Shown in pieces: positions 51,228 to 60,726 of a stretch of 64,000 bases of DNA. Position 1 is the first letter of the stretch. The number at the start of each line of letters is the position of its first letter. The stretch spans positions 64,001 through 128,000 of the forward strand of contig JBOEGD010000018.1 in the NCBI GenBank assembly GCA_050633245.1, given 5' to 3'. The DNA comes from Calditrichia bacterium (GTDB taxonomy: Bacteria > Calditrichota > Calditrichia > RBG-13-44-9 > J075). The position numbers and the translations under genes were made by a program. The notes below the pieces were generated by a model, which was not told where the DNA came from, did no database searches, and saw only the letters and a list, made by a program, of their open reading frames with translations.

Positions 51228-53075
51228 ATGAATGTAATTGTAAACCATAGGCAAGAAACATCTCAAAAGCACGCTTTGGAACAGCGCATCTCTTCCCTGG
51301 TGGATGACATTTGGGATGGGGCTATCGAAGTTGCTTTCCTGCATAATTTACATTCGCATAAGCCTGGCTTTACTCTGCCGCTTGAAGCTACTCTTTACTG
51401 CGTTTTTGATTATCATAGTATGCATCTCTGTTGTTGTTATCCCGATAGTGAGAATGCCTGCATAAATTGCCTGGTTCAAAATTTATTCCGCAACTATGAC
51501 CTCACGCTGCGCAAGCGCTACCAAAAGCAAGATCATCAAACGTTTCCATTCTTTTATTCGCAAGAATACCTGTCTGTTCTGCCAACACTTGTCTCTCAAC
51601 TTGATGCAAAAGACTTTTACAGCATCAACTTTTTATCGCCGACGATTGAACGGCAGGCGTTTATGCCAAGCGTAATGTGTGATTGCCGCAAAACCCCTCG
51701 CTCATTAATGAAACAATTAGACGGGCACGATTTAGAGCTTGAGGACCGATTTGTCGATTCAAATCTGCGATCTGACAAGCTGCCTAAATTGGAAGCCTTT
51801 GTTTCTCAGAGTGCCGGCATTATTTCAGGCGAAAGACGACTTAGTGATACACTTTCCCTACCGACAGCAATAACGGAGACGATCTCCGGAACCTATCAAG
51901 CCGATTACTGTGGCGGTAAAGCTACGACGATGCAGCATGCTTCACTGATTGCAAAGTGCGAGGCGATTGAGCGACATCATATGCTGACACCGGGAGTTGA
52001 AGACTTGTTAACATTCGGTAGTTACGATATGCTGAAGTCGCAGGCTGTGAACCCGGACGATTTGTTTTACTCTGCCGTGCATCTTTCTGATGAAAATGTG
52101 CCGTATGATCCTGCAATGTCCTTTTATTGGAGAACAGCAGCGAATCTTACCCGAAATAGCCGCCAGTTGGTGCCAGCTCAGGAAGTTTGCTCTACAAAAC
52201 ATCTTACAAATGAACGGAGTATGTTTCCCTGCACTTCGAGTGGATTTGCACTTGGTGGTTCCTATGAGGAAGCAGTGCTGTTTAGCATCCTTGAGGTCGT
52301 AGAGCGAGATAGTTTTTTGGTGCACTGGTATCTAAAGAATCAGTGTCAGTTAGTAGACCCATTGAGTATTAAGGATGAGCAATTTCAGCTGCTGTATCTG
52401 AAGGCACAATACTGTCATCCGAACTACAATTTTTATTTTCTCGATATCACAACAGATTCTGCTATTCCTGCTATCTGGGGACTTGCCATAAAGCGCTTTG
52501 GGCAGGGTATGAAAACCATGACGACTGCGGCTGCTCATATTTTTCCCGAAAAGGCGATGTATGGAGCCTTGAAGGAACTCGTCGGCTACTTTAGTATGAC
52601 AAACGATTTTGCAGAGAGAGAAGCAGAGTACCGTAAGGTGTTTCGAAATCAAGCTCTGGCCAATAAAATTGACCATCATAGCGGTATTTACGGATTGGAA
52701 GAGGCAGTAGAGAAATATGACTATCTGAACCTTGATTCCCAAAAGGCTATCAATGTTCAGGAGCTTCAACAGCGCTCGATCTTTACAGACCTCGCAGTAC
52801 CGTTTAATCTGAAGGATCTGATTCTCGCGATTGTTCAGCAGCTAAAAAAGAATGGAAATGAGGTTTTAATTATAGATATGACTCGTGAGCAGATACGAAA
52901 ATTCGATATCTGCTGTGTGAAAACGATTGTTACTCAGATGTATCCACTCACCTTCGGATATTATGACATGCGTTTTTCTTTAAGCTCACGGTTATTGAAG
53001 CTAAATGAGCATTTTGGGAAAAAACCGATTAGTTGTTTAACAGATATTAATTTTTCACTACATCCATTTCCATAG
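51228..53075 (+). CDS. ycaO: Azoline-forming YcaO cyclodehydratase with N-terminal E1-like remnant
   Basis: ACINCL, CEAIERH, TSSGFALG, ILEVVERDSF, DITTD, ALKEL, DMT, C-terminal LHPFP (PxP). Confidence 0.9.
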   Translation: MNVIVNHRQETSQKHALEQRISSLVDDIWDGAIEVAFLHNLHSHKPGFTLPLEATLYCVFDYHSMHLCCCYPDSENACINCLVQNLFRNYDLTLRKRYQKQDHQTFPFFYSQEYLSVLPTLVSQLDAKDFYSINFLSPTIERQAFMPSVMCDCRKTPRSLMKQLDGHDLELEDRFVDSNLRSDKLPKLEAFVSQSAGIISGERRLSDTLSLPTAITETISGTYQADYCGGKATTMQHASLIAKCEAIERHHMLTPGVEDLLTFGSYDMLKSQAVNPDDLFYSAVHLSDENVPYDPAMSFYWRTAANLTRNSRQLVPAQEVCSTKHLTNERSMFPCTSSGFALGGSYEEAVLFSILEVVERDSFLVHWYLKNQCQLVDPLSIKDEQFQLLYLKAQYCHPNYNFYFLDITTDSAIPAIWGLAIKRFGQGMKTMTTAAAHIFPEKAMYGALKELVGYFSMTNDFAEREAEYRKVFRNQALANKIDHHSGIYGLEEAVEKYDYLNLDSQKAINVQELQQRSIFTDLAVPFNLKDLILAIVQQLKKNGNEVLIIDMTREQIRKFDICCVKTIVTQMYPLTFGYYDMRFSLSSRLLKLNEHFGKKPISCLTDINFSLHPFP

Positions 53076-53084
53076 AGATTGAAA

Positions 53085-53546
53085 ATGACCCGACTGCACA
53101 TAAATAAGCGCGAGTATTCCGCAAAAGCGGATGCAGACATGCCACTACTCTGGTATCTGCGAGACATCCTGAACCTGACCGGCACAAAGTTTGGATGCGG
53201 TATGGGGCTTTGTGGTGCGTGCACGGTGCTCGTCGATGGTAAGGCTGCGCGGTCTTGTATGGTAACGATCAGTAGCGTAGAAAATAAAGAAGTGACAACA
53301 ATTGAAGGCATCTCACAGCGAATGAATAATCGTCTGCAGCCGGTCTGGATTGAAGAGCAGGTGCCTCAGTGTGGCTATTGTCAAACTGGACAAATAATGT
53401 CCGCGCTGGCTCTACTCAAAACAAATCCAAATCCCTCAAATGAGGAAATTGAAGCGGCGATGTCTGGCAATATTTGTCGCTGCGGAACGTATTCGAGAAT
53501 TAAGAAGGCAATTTGTTCAGCTATCGGTGAGGAAAGCCGTGGCTAA
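53085..53546 (+). CDS. iorA: (2Fe-2S)-binding small subunit, isoquinoline 1-oxidoreductase alpha-like
   Basis: PLLWYLRD, GTKFGCGMGLCGACTV, RSC, VPQCGYCQTGQ, NICRCGTY. Confidence 0.92.
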   Translation: MTRLHINKREYSAKADADMPLLWYLRDILNLTGTKFGCGMGLCGACTVLVDGKAARSCMVTISSVENKEVTTIEGISQRMNNRLQPVWIEEQVPQCGYCQTGQIMSALALLKTNPNPSNEEIEAAMSGNICRCGTYSRIKKAICSAIGEESRG

Positions 53547-55665
53547 CAAAGGAACGCTCAGCAGACGCAGCTTTATAAAAATATCTGCGGCAGCAGCCGG
53601 CGGACTCCTGATAAGTTTTGGAATTCCAACTTTAACTAAAGCAGAAGAGAAAAATATCGTGTTAAACCACCATCTCAGCATAAACAGCAGCGGTATTGCT
53701 ACTATCTCCTTCCTGAGAAGCGAGATGGGGCAGGGCATTAAGACCGCGCTTCCAATGTTGATTGCAGAAGAACTGGAGATGGATTGGAAAAACGTACAGG
53801 TTACTCAGCCGCCCTACGATATTCGATTTGGACAGCAGGCTACCGTGGCAAGCAGAAGTATTCATGATGAATGGGAGGCGCTGCGGCAAGTTGGTGCATC
53901 TGTACGTGAGCTATTGATTCTGGCTGCTGCAAACCGTTGGCAGGTTCATCCAGAGAGTTGCTATGCCGAGCGTGGTGTGGTTTATCATTCTCAGAGCTCA
54001 AAATCATTAAGCTATGGTCAGCTCGTTGAAGAGGCTGCACGTCTTGAAATGCCGGAAAATGTGGCGTTAAAAAAGCCTGCGGACTTCAAGTTGATTGGCA
54101 AATCGATTCCACGGATAGATATCCCTGAAAAAGTTATGGGTCGTGCAGTCTTTGGCATTGATGTGAACGTGCCTGAGATGGCTATTGCTACGGTCTTGCG
54201 CTGTCCGGTATTTGGTGGAAAGGTTAAACGTTTTGATGCGACGAAAACAAAAAAATTAACGGGTATTATCGATGTGGTTGAGATTACCGGCGGTATTGCG
54301 GTAATTGGCGAAAACTATTGGGCTGCCAAGCGCGGTAAGGACATGCTGGATGTGCAGTGGAATGCAAAAGGTCTGGAAGATATTAATTCTGAAAGCATTT
54401 TTATTGGGCAGCGTGAAGCATTGGTGAAACCGGGTGATCATATTGTTACAGATGAAGGCAATTTTACTTCGGCTTACAACAAGGCTGAATGGCAGCTGTC
54501 GGCAGACTACGAGGCGCCTTTTCAAGCTCATGCTACAATGGAGCCAATGAACTGCACCGCGGACGTAAAAGAAGGTGCATGTCGCATCTGGGCACCTACT
54601 CAGGGAACACTCTGGATTCAAATGACAATCTCCGAGGCGCTTGAGATTCCCATGAAAAACATTGAAATTCACACGACCTATATGGGGTGTGGCTTCGGAC
54701 GACGCGCAGAAACAGACTTTGTATTAGATGCGGTAGAAGCATCAAAAGCTGTTGGCAGGCCCGTGAAGGTGATCTGGTCTCGTGAAGATGATATGCAGCA
54801 TGACTTTTATCGCCCGGCTTTTTCCATGCAATTAAAGGCAGGAATTGATAAGAACGGAAAGCCTGTTGCCTGGAAACATCAGCTTGCCGGGCCTTCAGTT
54901 GTTCGTCGGTGGGATGTAAGTGCCTTCGATTGGGCTGCAATAACCGGCTCAGACTGGCTCCCGTATTCGATACCCAACTTTCGTACAGAAGCAACCTTTA
55001 TTCCAACGAATGTTCCGGTGGGATACTGGCGTGGAACAGCAAACTCATATACCCAATTTGCAAATGAGACGTTTATCGATGAAATAGCGACGCGACAACA
55101 AATTGACCCTCTTGAGTATAGGCTTGGTTTATTAGAGGATGCACCCAGAGCACGAAAAGTACTCGAAAGCGTTGCTGTTCAGACGCAATGGGGAAGTTCA
55201 TTGCCCGCGGGAGTTGGGCGTGGGGTCGCGTTGTTTGCCCAAGAGTGGGATGAATTTAAGGTCTATTGTGCACAGGTTGCCGACATTGAGTTATCTGAAA
55301 CCGGAGACATTCGAGTGCGCCGCATATTTTGCAGTATCGATTGCGGACAGATAGTACACCCCGATACGGTTATTGCACAAACAGAAGGTAGTATTGTCTT
55401 TGGTCTTGCTGCTGCTCTTTACGGCGAGATTGAAATTGAGAAGGGGAGAGTGAAGCAAAGCAATTTTCACGACTACCCAATGCCAAAGTACAATGAAGTG
55501 CCCGAGATAGAAGTCCGCCTGATAAAAACTACAGAGTTTCCGGCTGGTGCCGGAGAAAAGGCAGTTGGGGCTACAGCACCGGCAATAGCAAATGCGGTTT
55601 ATAACTTAACCGGGCAACGACTACGCCGTTTGCCATTAAGACTGGATAATACAACAATTAGTTGA
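53539..55665 (+). CDS. iorB: Molybdopterin-binding large subunit, isoquinoline 1-oxidoreductase beta-like (xanthine dehydrogenase family), Tat signal
   Basis: LSRRSFIK twin-arginine, SEMGQG, LIAEEL, HATMEPMN, GCGFGRR, WSREDD, QSNFHDY, GAGE; GTG start overlaps iorA stop. Confidence 0.92.
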   Translation: MANKGTLSRRSFIKISAAAAGGLLISFGIPTLTKAEEKNIVLNHHLSINSSGIATISFLRSEMGQGIKTALPMLIAEELEMDWKNVQVTQPPYDIRFGQQATVASRSIHDEWEALRQVGASVRELLILAAANRWQVHPESCYAERGVVYHSQSSKSLSYGQLVEEAARLEMPENVALKKPADFKLIGKSIPRIDIPEKVMGRAVFGIDVNVPEMAIATVLRCPVFGGKVKRFDATKTKKLTGIIDVVEITGGIAVIGENYWAAKRGKDMLDVQWNAKGLEDINSESIFIGQREALVKPGDHIVTDEGNFTSAYNKAEWQLSADYEAPFQAHATMEPMNCTADVKEGACRIWAPTQGTLWIQMTISEALEIPMKNIEIHTTYMGCGFGRRAETDFVLDAVEASKAVGRPVKVIWSREDDMQHDFYRPAFSMQLKAGIDKNGKPVAWKHQLAGPSVVRRWDVSAFDWAAITGSDWLPYSIPNFRTEATFIPTNVPVGYWRGTANSYTQFANETFIDEIATRQQIDPLEYRLGLLEDAPRARKVLESVAVQTQWGSSLPAGVGRGVALFAQEWDEFKVYCAQVADIELSETGDIRVRRIFCSIDCGQIVHPDTVIAQTEGSIVFGLAAALYGEIEIEKGRVKQSNFHDYPMPKYNEVPEIEVRLIKTTEFPAGAGEKAVGATAPAIANAVYNLTGQRLRRLPLRLDNTTIS

Positions 55666-55916
55666 GCTTATGTAACTCATCTCCGATGAGCTGATAGTAA
55701 AATATAGCATAGTAGTTGAGATTAATCGAAGCTGTCGTGAGTGCGGTGGCTATAGAAATGAACAAAAAAATAATGTCTGGAGGAACGTACCCGGTTTTTC
55801 TTGGTCGAACTTTCCGCTTAACACGGAGAGCCCAATATAAGGACTGCACAAACTAAATTTTCCACACGTTTATTGCATTTGGTGGAATTGTGTTAAAACC
55901 CTTTAGGAGAAATAAC

Positions 55917-56087
55917 ATGAAAAATTTCAAACTGAATATCGATCTTGAAGAACTGAACATCACCGAAGTAGAACTGTTTACTGAAGAAGGCACTAAGGGC
56001 ATTCCTGCATTCGCAGCTTCCTGTTCGTCAGGTCCTGGTCTCCATAGTTGTGTTCGTGAAGAGAAGCCGGCACCAAACGACGAGTAA
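55917..56087 (+). CDS. Thiopeptide-type RiPP precursor (56 aa)
   Basis: AGGAG RBS; acidic leader MKNFKLNIDLEELNITEVELFTEEGTKGIPAFAA, core SCSSGPGLHSC, tail VREEKPAPNDE. Confidence 0.85.
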   Translation: MKNFKLNIDLEELNITEVELFTEEGTKGIPAFAASCSSGPGLHSCVREEKPAPNDE

Positions 56088-56295
56088 TCGTTGCTGAGAA
56101 GTAAAGCTGATCTACAAAAATACTGTGTCAGGTAGTCAGATACATGACACAAAATCGGTGCAGAACTTAATCTGGTGAAACCGGGTTACGTTTCCTCCAA
56201 ACATTAAAAACTTAATAGAAATATACGCTCGGCGCAAGTTAAAGAAAAACTGATGGCTTGTTGTCGAAGTGTATTCCTTTTCAAGGCGGTAGACG

Positions 56296-57405
56296 ATGAA
56301 GGTCTGGAAGAATGTAAATGTCTATTATTCAAACCTCGACAAGCTTATTCTCGATTGTGTTGAACCGACTATGAATGAAAAGCACGAGCAAATTGTCGAT
56401 TGGTTTTGGGATAGGCATTATGCCGGCGGAATGCATCTGCGCATTCGCTTTAAGTGCTCACAAAATGAATCTGAGGCGCTTATTGGAGAACTTACAGATG
56501 TTTTTGAACGATTTCTCTTGGCTCATCCCCTTCCGGCGCAAAAGTCTTATGACGTTAATCGTGTAGAACAGATGCTGCAAAAAGAAGAGGAAGAGTATAC
56601 TCCTGAAGATCTGCTATTCCGAACAAATTGCGTCGTGAATCGGCCTTATTTGCGTTTTCAGGAAAAATATCTTTCGCAAGAGTCTGTTTATTTTCTGGAA
56701 GATTTTTATTGTGAGGCGAAGCCACTTTGCCTGCAAATGATGCGTTCAAATGATCAAAAAACCGTTAGCATGTTAAAGCTATATTTTCTCACTGCATTGA
56801 TGTTGGGAAAATCTTACCCCGCTGGTGTGGTTGGGTATCGGTCGCATTGGGAAGGGTTCAGAATGCAAATGGCAGAGCAAAACGTCGGAGTTCTGGATGC
56901 CATCGAAAAAGTATTTCGCAGTAATAAAAGTAACCTCGAAGAGTTAATGCTGGTGATCGAAAAACAGCATCGTGGCGAAGAAACCCCTTGCGATTTACTG
57001 CTGGAAAGCTGGGGAAAGCTGATAAATAAATATCGCACGAGAGCATTGGAATTATTTGATCGCGGAGTTCCTATTCTCCCGCAATTCAATAGTGAAGAAG
57101 AGCTGGATGTTGTTCGCAATAAATACGCGCGGCAAAAGGAAAAAAGCGAGTTTGTAGAAAGGCTATACGAAGATAAACGATTTTTCCTCGCCATAAAAGA
57201 TAGTCGATCCTTCACCGGAAATCGCATTGTTCTGACCATGCTTTACAATATGGTCGGTTTGCTGGGGCTTAGTATGATGGAAAAATTTCAGCTTTGCTAT
57301 CTGGCTCATCAAACGGTTGAAAACTATTTTCAGAGTGACTCACTTGAAATTCTTGCCGCTAATATCCGCGAAACCATAGCAGAACATACTGAAGAGAGCA
57401 CCTAG
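56296..57405 (+). CDS. Thiopeptide pyridine synthase ([4+2] cyclase, TbtD/TclM-like)
   Basis: RHYAGGMHLRIRF, YRSHWEGF, RIVLTMLYNMVGLLGLSMMEKFQLCYL resemble the cyclase branch of the LanB_C fold. Confidence 0.7.
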   Translation: MKVWKNVNVYYSNLDKLILDCVEPTMNEKHEQIVDWFWDRHYAGGMHLRIRFKCSQNESEALIGELTDVFERFLLAHPLPAQKSYDVNRVEQMLQKEEEEYTPEDLLFRTNCVVNRPYLRFQEKYLSQESVYFLEDFYCEAKPLCLQMMRSNDQKTVSMLKLYFLTALMLGKSYPAGVVGYRSHWEGFRMQMAEQNVGVLDAIEKVFRSNKSNLEELMLVIEKQHRGEETPCDLLLESWGKLINKYRTRALELFDRGVPILPQFNSEEELDVVRNKYARQKEKSEFVERLYEDKRFFLAIKDSRSFTGNRIVLTMLYNMVGLLGLSMMEKFQLCYLAHQTVENYFQSDSLEILAANIRETIAEHTEEST

Positions 57406-57474
57406 GGCTCAATTCACAAAAGAGAATATGTGTCCTTTGTCTGCACAAATCTTAAGGCCGGAAGGAATAACAGC

Positions 57475-59841
57475 ATGCGTTTGCTAGCTTTACGAAAATC
57501 CGGAGAGTCTTTTAGCAGTGTCTTTAACGTGAAGTCGGATTGTTTCGTTGAACTTTTTCAGAAACAGTCCAGGCTTCAGGAGAAAATCACCTCATTGCAA
57601 AACGAACTTGCTGAGTTGTTGCACCACGCTTTTAGACAGAACTACGATCAAAAAGAGCACCGAAGATATATTCTGAAGATAAAGCGCGATATTCATAACC
57701 TCCGCCCTGTGAAGCATATGGACGCCTCATTTCTTGGCCACGATTGTCTGGATCAGCTTGGGACGTATTCCAGGCTGGTAGAGGAGAAGTCTGAGGTTTT
57801 AAGCCAGCTTAACACAGCTCCACTCGAAGAAATCAGAAATAATATTGGTACACTGCTTCGGAATGAAAAATTTCTGAGTGCGATAGATTATTCGAATCCG
57901 GAACTGTTTGCGAAATTAAAAAAGTATCAGACGGGAAGCAGTAAGAAACACTTCTCCAAGCTCGAACGCAGCGTATACAGTTATGGATTACGATTCTTTA
58001 GCAAGGCCAACCCACTGTATGTTTTTAGCGAGTTATGGTTTGCCGAAGAACTGGGAATTGAAATAGAGCAGAGCTGTGAGCTTTCGCTTCATATGAATTA
58101 CATCCTCGGAATTGAAGAGCATTTGCTGAGTTATGCCGGTGTTCAGGAAAAGGATTTGCTTTATTGTCAAAACTCCTTAAAAAGAGAAGAGAAAATAACG
58201 TTTATCATTCCAGATGCAAGAGCCAAACGCTATCTTTCGATTTCGTCCAATCCGCTACTCGACAAAATTTTATTTTTTTTTCACCGACAGCTACCCAAAG
58301 AAAAAAGTATTGGCAGACTAACAGAATACCTGCACAGCGAATTCCCCAATGAAGATGTCGAAGGGCTGCAAAACTACGTCGCTGCCTTAATAAAAAACAA
58401 GATTTTAGTGCGGTACCTGGTTCGCGATTTCAGCAAATTTTATGTCGATCTTGAACAACAGCTTTTAAGTATGGAAAAACAACTGAAGGACTATCAGGAG
58501 ATCCATCACGGTCACTTTGACTATTCGCAGTTGTCCCAAAAAACCAACGATGATCAAATACTCGACTCCCAACTACGTCATAAGGCTCCTGCGAACTATC
58601 GCTCGTTCTATGTGGATTCGTATTTTAAAACTTCGGCTCGGGGGCCGAATGAGAAATCCTTTACGGAAACCCTGCAAGATTTAAAGCAGGTAAAACCGCT
58701 CTTCCTGCCAAATGGCAATAACCGCTATATGGCGGATAATATTGTTTTGTTGTTGAAAGATATTCTGGCCGACAAATCGTGCAATTCGATTCCCTTTCTC
58801 GACTTCCTGGATCACTGCATTCAAAATAGCGTAAATTTCTCTTCTCTGCCACCTGCACAAAATTCTGCCCGCGAGAGTTTCGAGCAGCAAAGTGCGTTGT
58901 TGCAAAAGAAGTTGGCCACGTTACAGGGAGAGCTCGAAAAGCCAATTCTAGAGCAGCTTACCCAAAAATATGATGCACCAAAGATAAATCCACACTTGTG
59001 TTTTAACGGTCCATTCGATTATCAAAACCAGCGTTACTATATAAACAATATTTGGGCCGGCAACGGGCGGTTTATTTCCCGGTACCTGATTAATCAGCCG
59101 GGCAAGCGAGCCCGTAAACATGCGAACAGTTCTGCCGGACTAAATGTACAAGTGTACGACTTTTTTGATAACTCGAATAAGGGGTATACGGTAACTCCTT
59201 TTGATGTCGGCTTTGGCATGAATGCTCGTTTTAAACATTTGTTCAAAGAATGGTTGACTCCGGAGGAAATACAGCTGTCTCTTGATGGAGATCAGGTTAT
59301 TTACTCTAAAGCCGGTAGCGGGCAGCGTATTCATTTCTATTATCTTGGGTTTGCCTTAATTTCCGGACTTGCAACAGAATACCAGATTCTCTTAGCAAAT
59401 AAGAATGACTTCTATTTGAATAGCTTCGCCGATTGGATTATCCCGCATGCTGATGCGAACCCTTTTCAACCGGGCCTAACCTATGGACAAATTTGCCTGA
59501 GACGAGACCGTTGGTACATCCCGGGAAAGGAAATTCCGGCGCTAATTCCGGCTGATAATACGGTTAGCTGTGCTATGAGGTTGTTAAGCTGGGCTGAAAG
59601 AACACTGGATAACTCTTGTCGCTATTACTATTTCCGTACTGCAGGAAATGCAACCAGGTTTGCTCATAAGCCGATGTTCCTGGACGTACAGAATCCACTC
59701 AGCGTGTCAAATTTTTATACCCGCATTGCCCAAAACGATCCGAACAGTTTTGTCTGTTTTGAGCGCATGGAACCGCCTATAAATAATCTTTATGAGTATG
59801 AGAAGCAAAAATATCTCACCGAAGTTATGCTGGAGGTTTAG
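57475..59841 (+). CDS. Split LanB dehydratase, glutamylation domain
   Basis: LKIKRDIHNLR, FLSAIDYSNPEL, RFFSKANPLYVFS, GNGRFISRY, LRRDRW, KPMFLDVQNPL, FERMEP, YLTEVMLE. Confidence 0.85.
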   Translation: MRLLALRKSGESFSSVFNVKSDCFVELFQKQSRLQEKITSLQNELAELLHHAFRQNYDQKEHRRYILKIKRDIHNLRPVKHMDASFLGHDCLDQLGTYSRLVEEKSEVLSQLNTAPLEEIRNNIGTLLRNEKFLSAIDYSNPELFAKLKKYQTGSSKKHFSKLERSVYSYGLRFFSKANPLYVFSELWFAEELGIEIEQSCELSLHMNYILGIEEHLLSYAGVQEKDLLYCQNSLKREEKITFIIPDARAKRYLSISSNPLLDKILFFFHRQLPKEKSIGRLTEYLHSEFPNEDVEGLQNYVAALIKNKILVRYLVRDFSKFYVDLEQQLLSMEKQLKDYQEIHHGHFDYSQLSQKTNDDQILDSQLRHKAPANYRSFYVDSYFKTSARGPNEKSFTETLQDLKQVKPLFLPNGNNRYMADNIVLLLKDILADKSCNSIPFLDFLDHCIQNSVNFSSLPPAQNSARESFEQQSALLQKKLATLQGELEKPILEQLTQKYDAPKINPHLCFNGPFDYQNQRYYINNIWAGNGRFISRYLINQPGKRARKHANSSAGLNVQVYDFFDNSNKGYTVTPFDVGFGMNARFKHLFKEWLTPEEIQLSLDGDQVIYSKAGSGQRIHFYYLGFALISGLATEYQILLANKNDFYLNSFADWIIPHADANPFQPGLTYGQICLRRDRWYIPGKEIPALIPADNTVSCAMRLLSWAERTLDNSCRYYYFRTAGNATRFAHKPMFLDVQNPLSVSNFYTRIAQNDPNSFVCFERMEPPINNLYEYEKQKYLTEVMLEV

Positions 59842-59844
59842 ACT

Positions 59845-60702
59845 GTGAAGCGTTGGGTTAGTTATCATGCTTTTTTAACAGAGGATACAGATCGCTATAT
59901 AACGGCTTTTCTATTGCCGGGAATTGAGCGCATCGGAATACAGATGCCTGAAGTAAAGCGATTCTTCTTTCTTCGCTACTGGGAAGGTGGAGCACACCTT
60001 CGCTTGCGCTTTCGCATTGCTGAGGAGGCCGCTATTAAGCCACTCGAAACAGAGCTTCAGCAAACGCTGGATCGCATGGCCAGGTTGAACGATCAGCAGG
60101 CGTTTATTCTCTCTGGTTCGGAAAGTCGATCGACGTGCTTGAATCCTCAAAATTTCGTGCTGATGCGCGCCGAATACGATCGGAGCAGTCATTATTTTGG
60201 TGAATCGATGGCTTCTGTATACTCCGAACTGATAAACGAACAGACTTCTTATTTGGCGATCGCTATGCTGGATTTCTGTTACGAGTCCGGGATAGACCGC
60301 CAGACGCTTGTTATACTTGTAGTCAATTATCTGATGTCGAAGAGCCTGGTAGATTATGAATTACGGCAAAAGTTAATTAATCGAGGATATGAGTTTGCTA
60401 CCCTGAATACGCAAAAATATTTTACCTCTGTTGCGTTTAAGGCACCTGTGCTGCAAAACAAACAACTCGCGGCGTTAGTCAGGAATAGTGAAGCACTGTA
60501 TCCGTTCTTTTCTTCAAATACCTACCTCAAGCAGATACTGCGCTTGATTAAGCGGATCTATCATCATAATTACGACGAGTGCATCGTGGTGCATTCCATT
60601 CATCTGCTTTGCAATAAGCTGGGTGTCAACTTACCTGCCGAGGCGGCTATTTATGATATCATTAGTTCTTTAGAAAACTTTCAAGTAAACCACCAAACCT
60701 GA
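59845..60702 (+). CDS. Split LanB dehydratase, glutamate-elimination domain (LanB_C)
   Basis: WVSYHAF, FFFLRYWEGGAHLRLRF, EYDRSSHYFG, SIHLLCNKLG..EA. Confidence 0.8.
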   Translation: MKRWVSYHAFLTEDTDRYITAFLLPGIERIGIQMPEVKRFFFLRYWEGGAHLRLRFRIAEEAAIKPLETELQQTLDRMARLNDQQAFILSGSESRSTCLNPQNFVLMRAEYDRSSHYFGESMASVYSELINEQTSYLAIAMLDFCYESGIDRQTLVILVVNYLMSKSLVDYELRQKLINRGYEFATLNTQKYFTSVAFKAPVLQNKQLAALVRNSEALYPFFSSNTYLKQILRLIKRIYHHNYDECIVVHSIHLLCNKLGVNLPAEAAIYDIISSLENFQVNHQT

Positions 60703-60726
60703 AACGCAGGATGACACGGGAGCATC

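Noticed and set aside
53440-53538. Track start for the molybdoenzyme large subunit
   Set aside because: Lies inside iorA; GTG at 53539 has a GAGG RBS and puts the Tat motif at the N-terminus
55658-56152. Minus-strand ORFs 55658-55849 and 55853-56152
   Set aside because: Antisense to the RiPP operon and precursor, with no RBS or motif support
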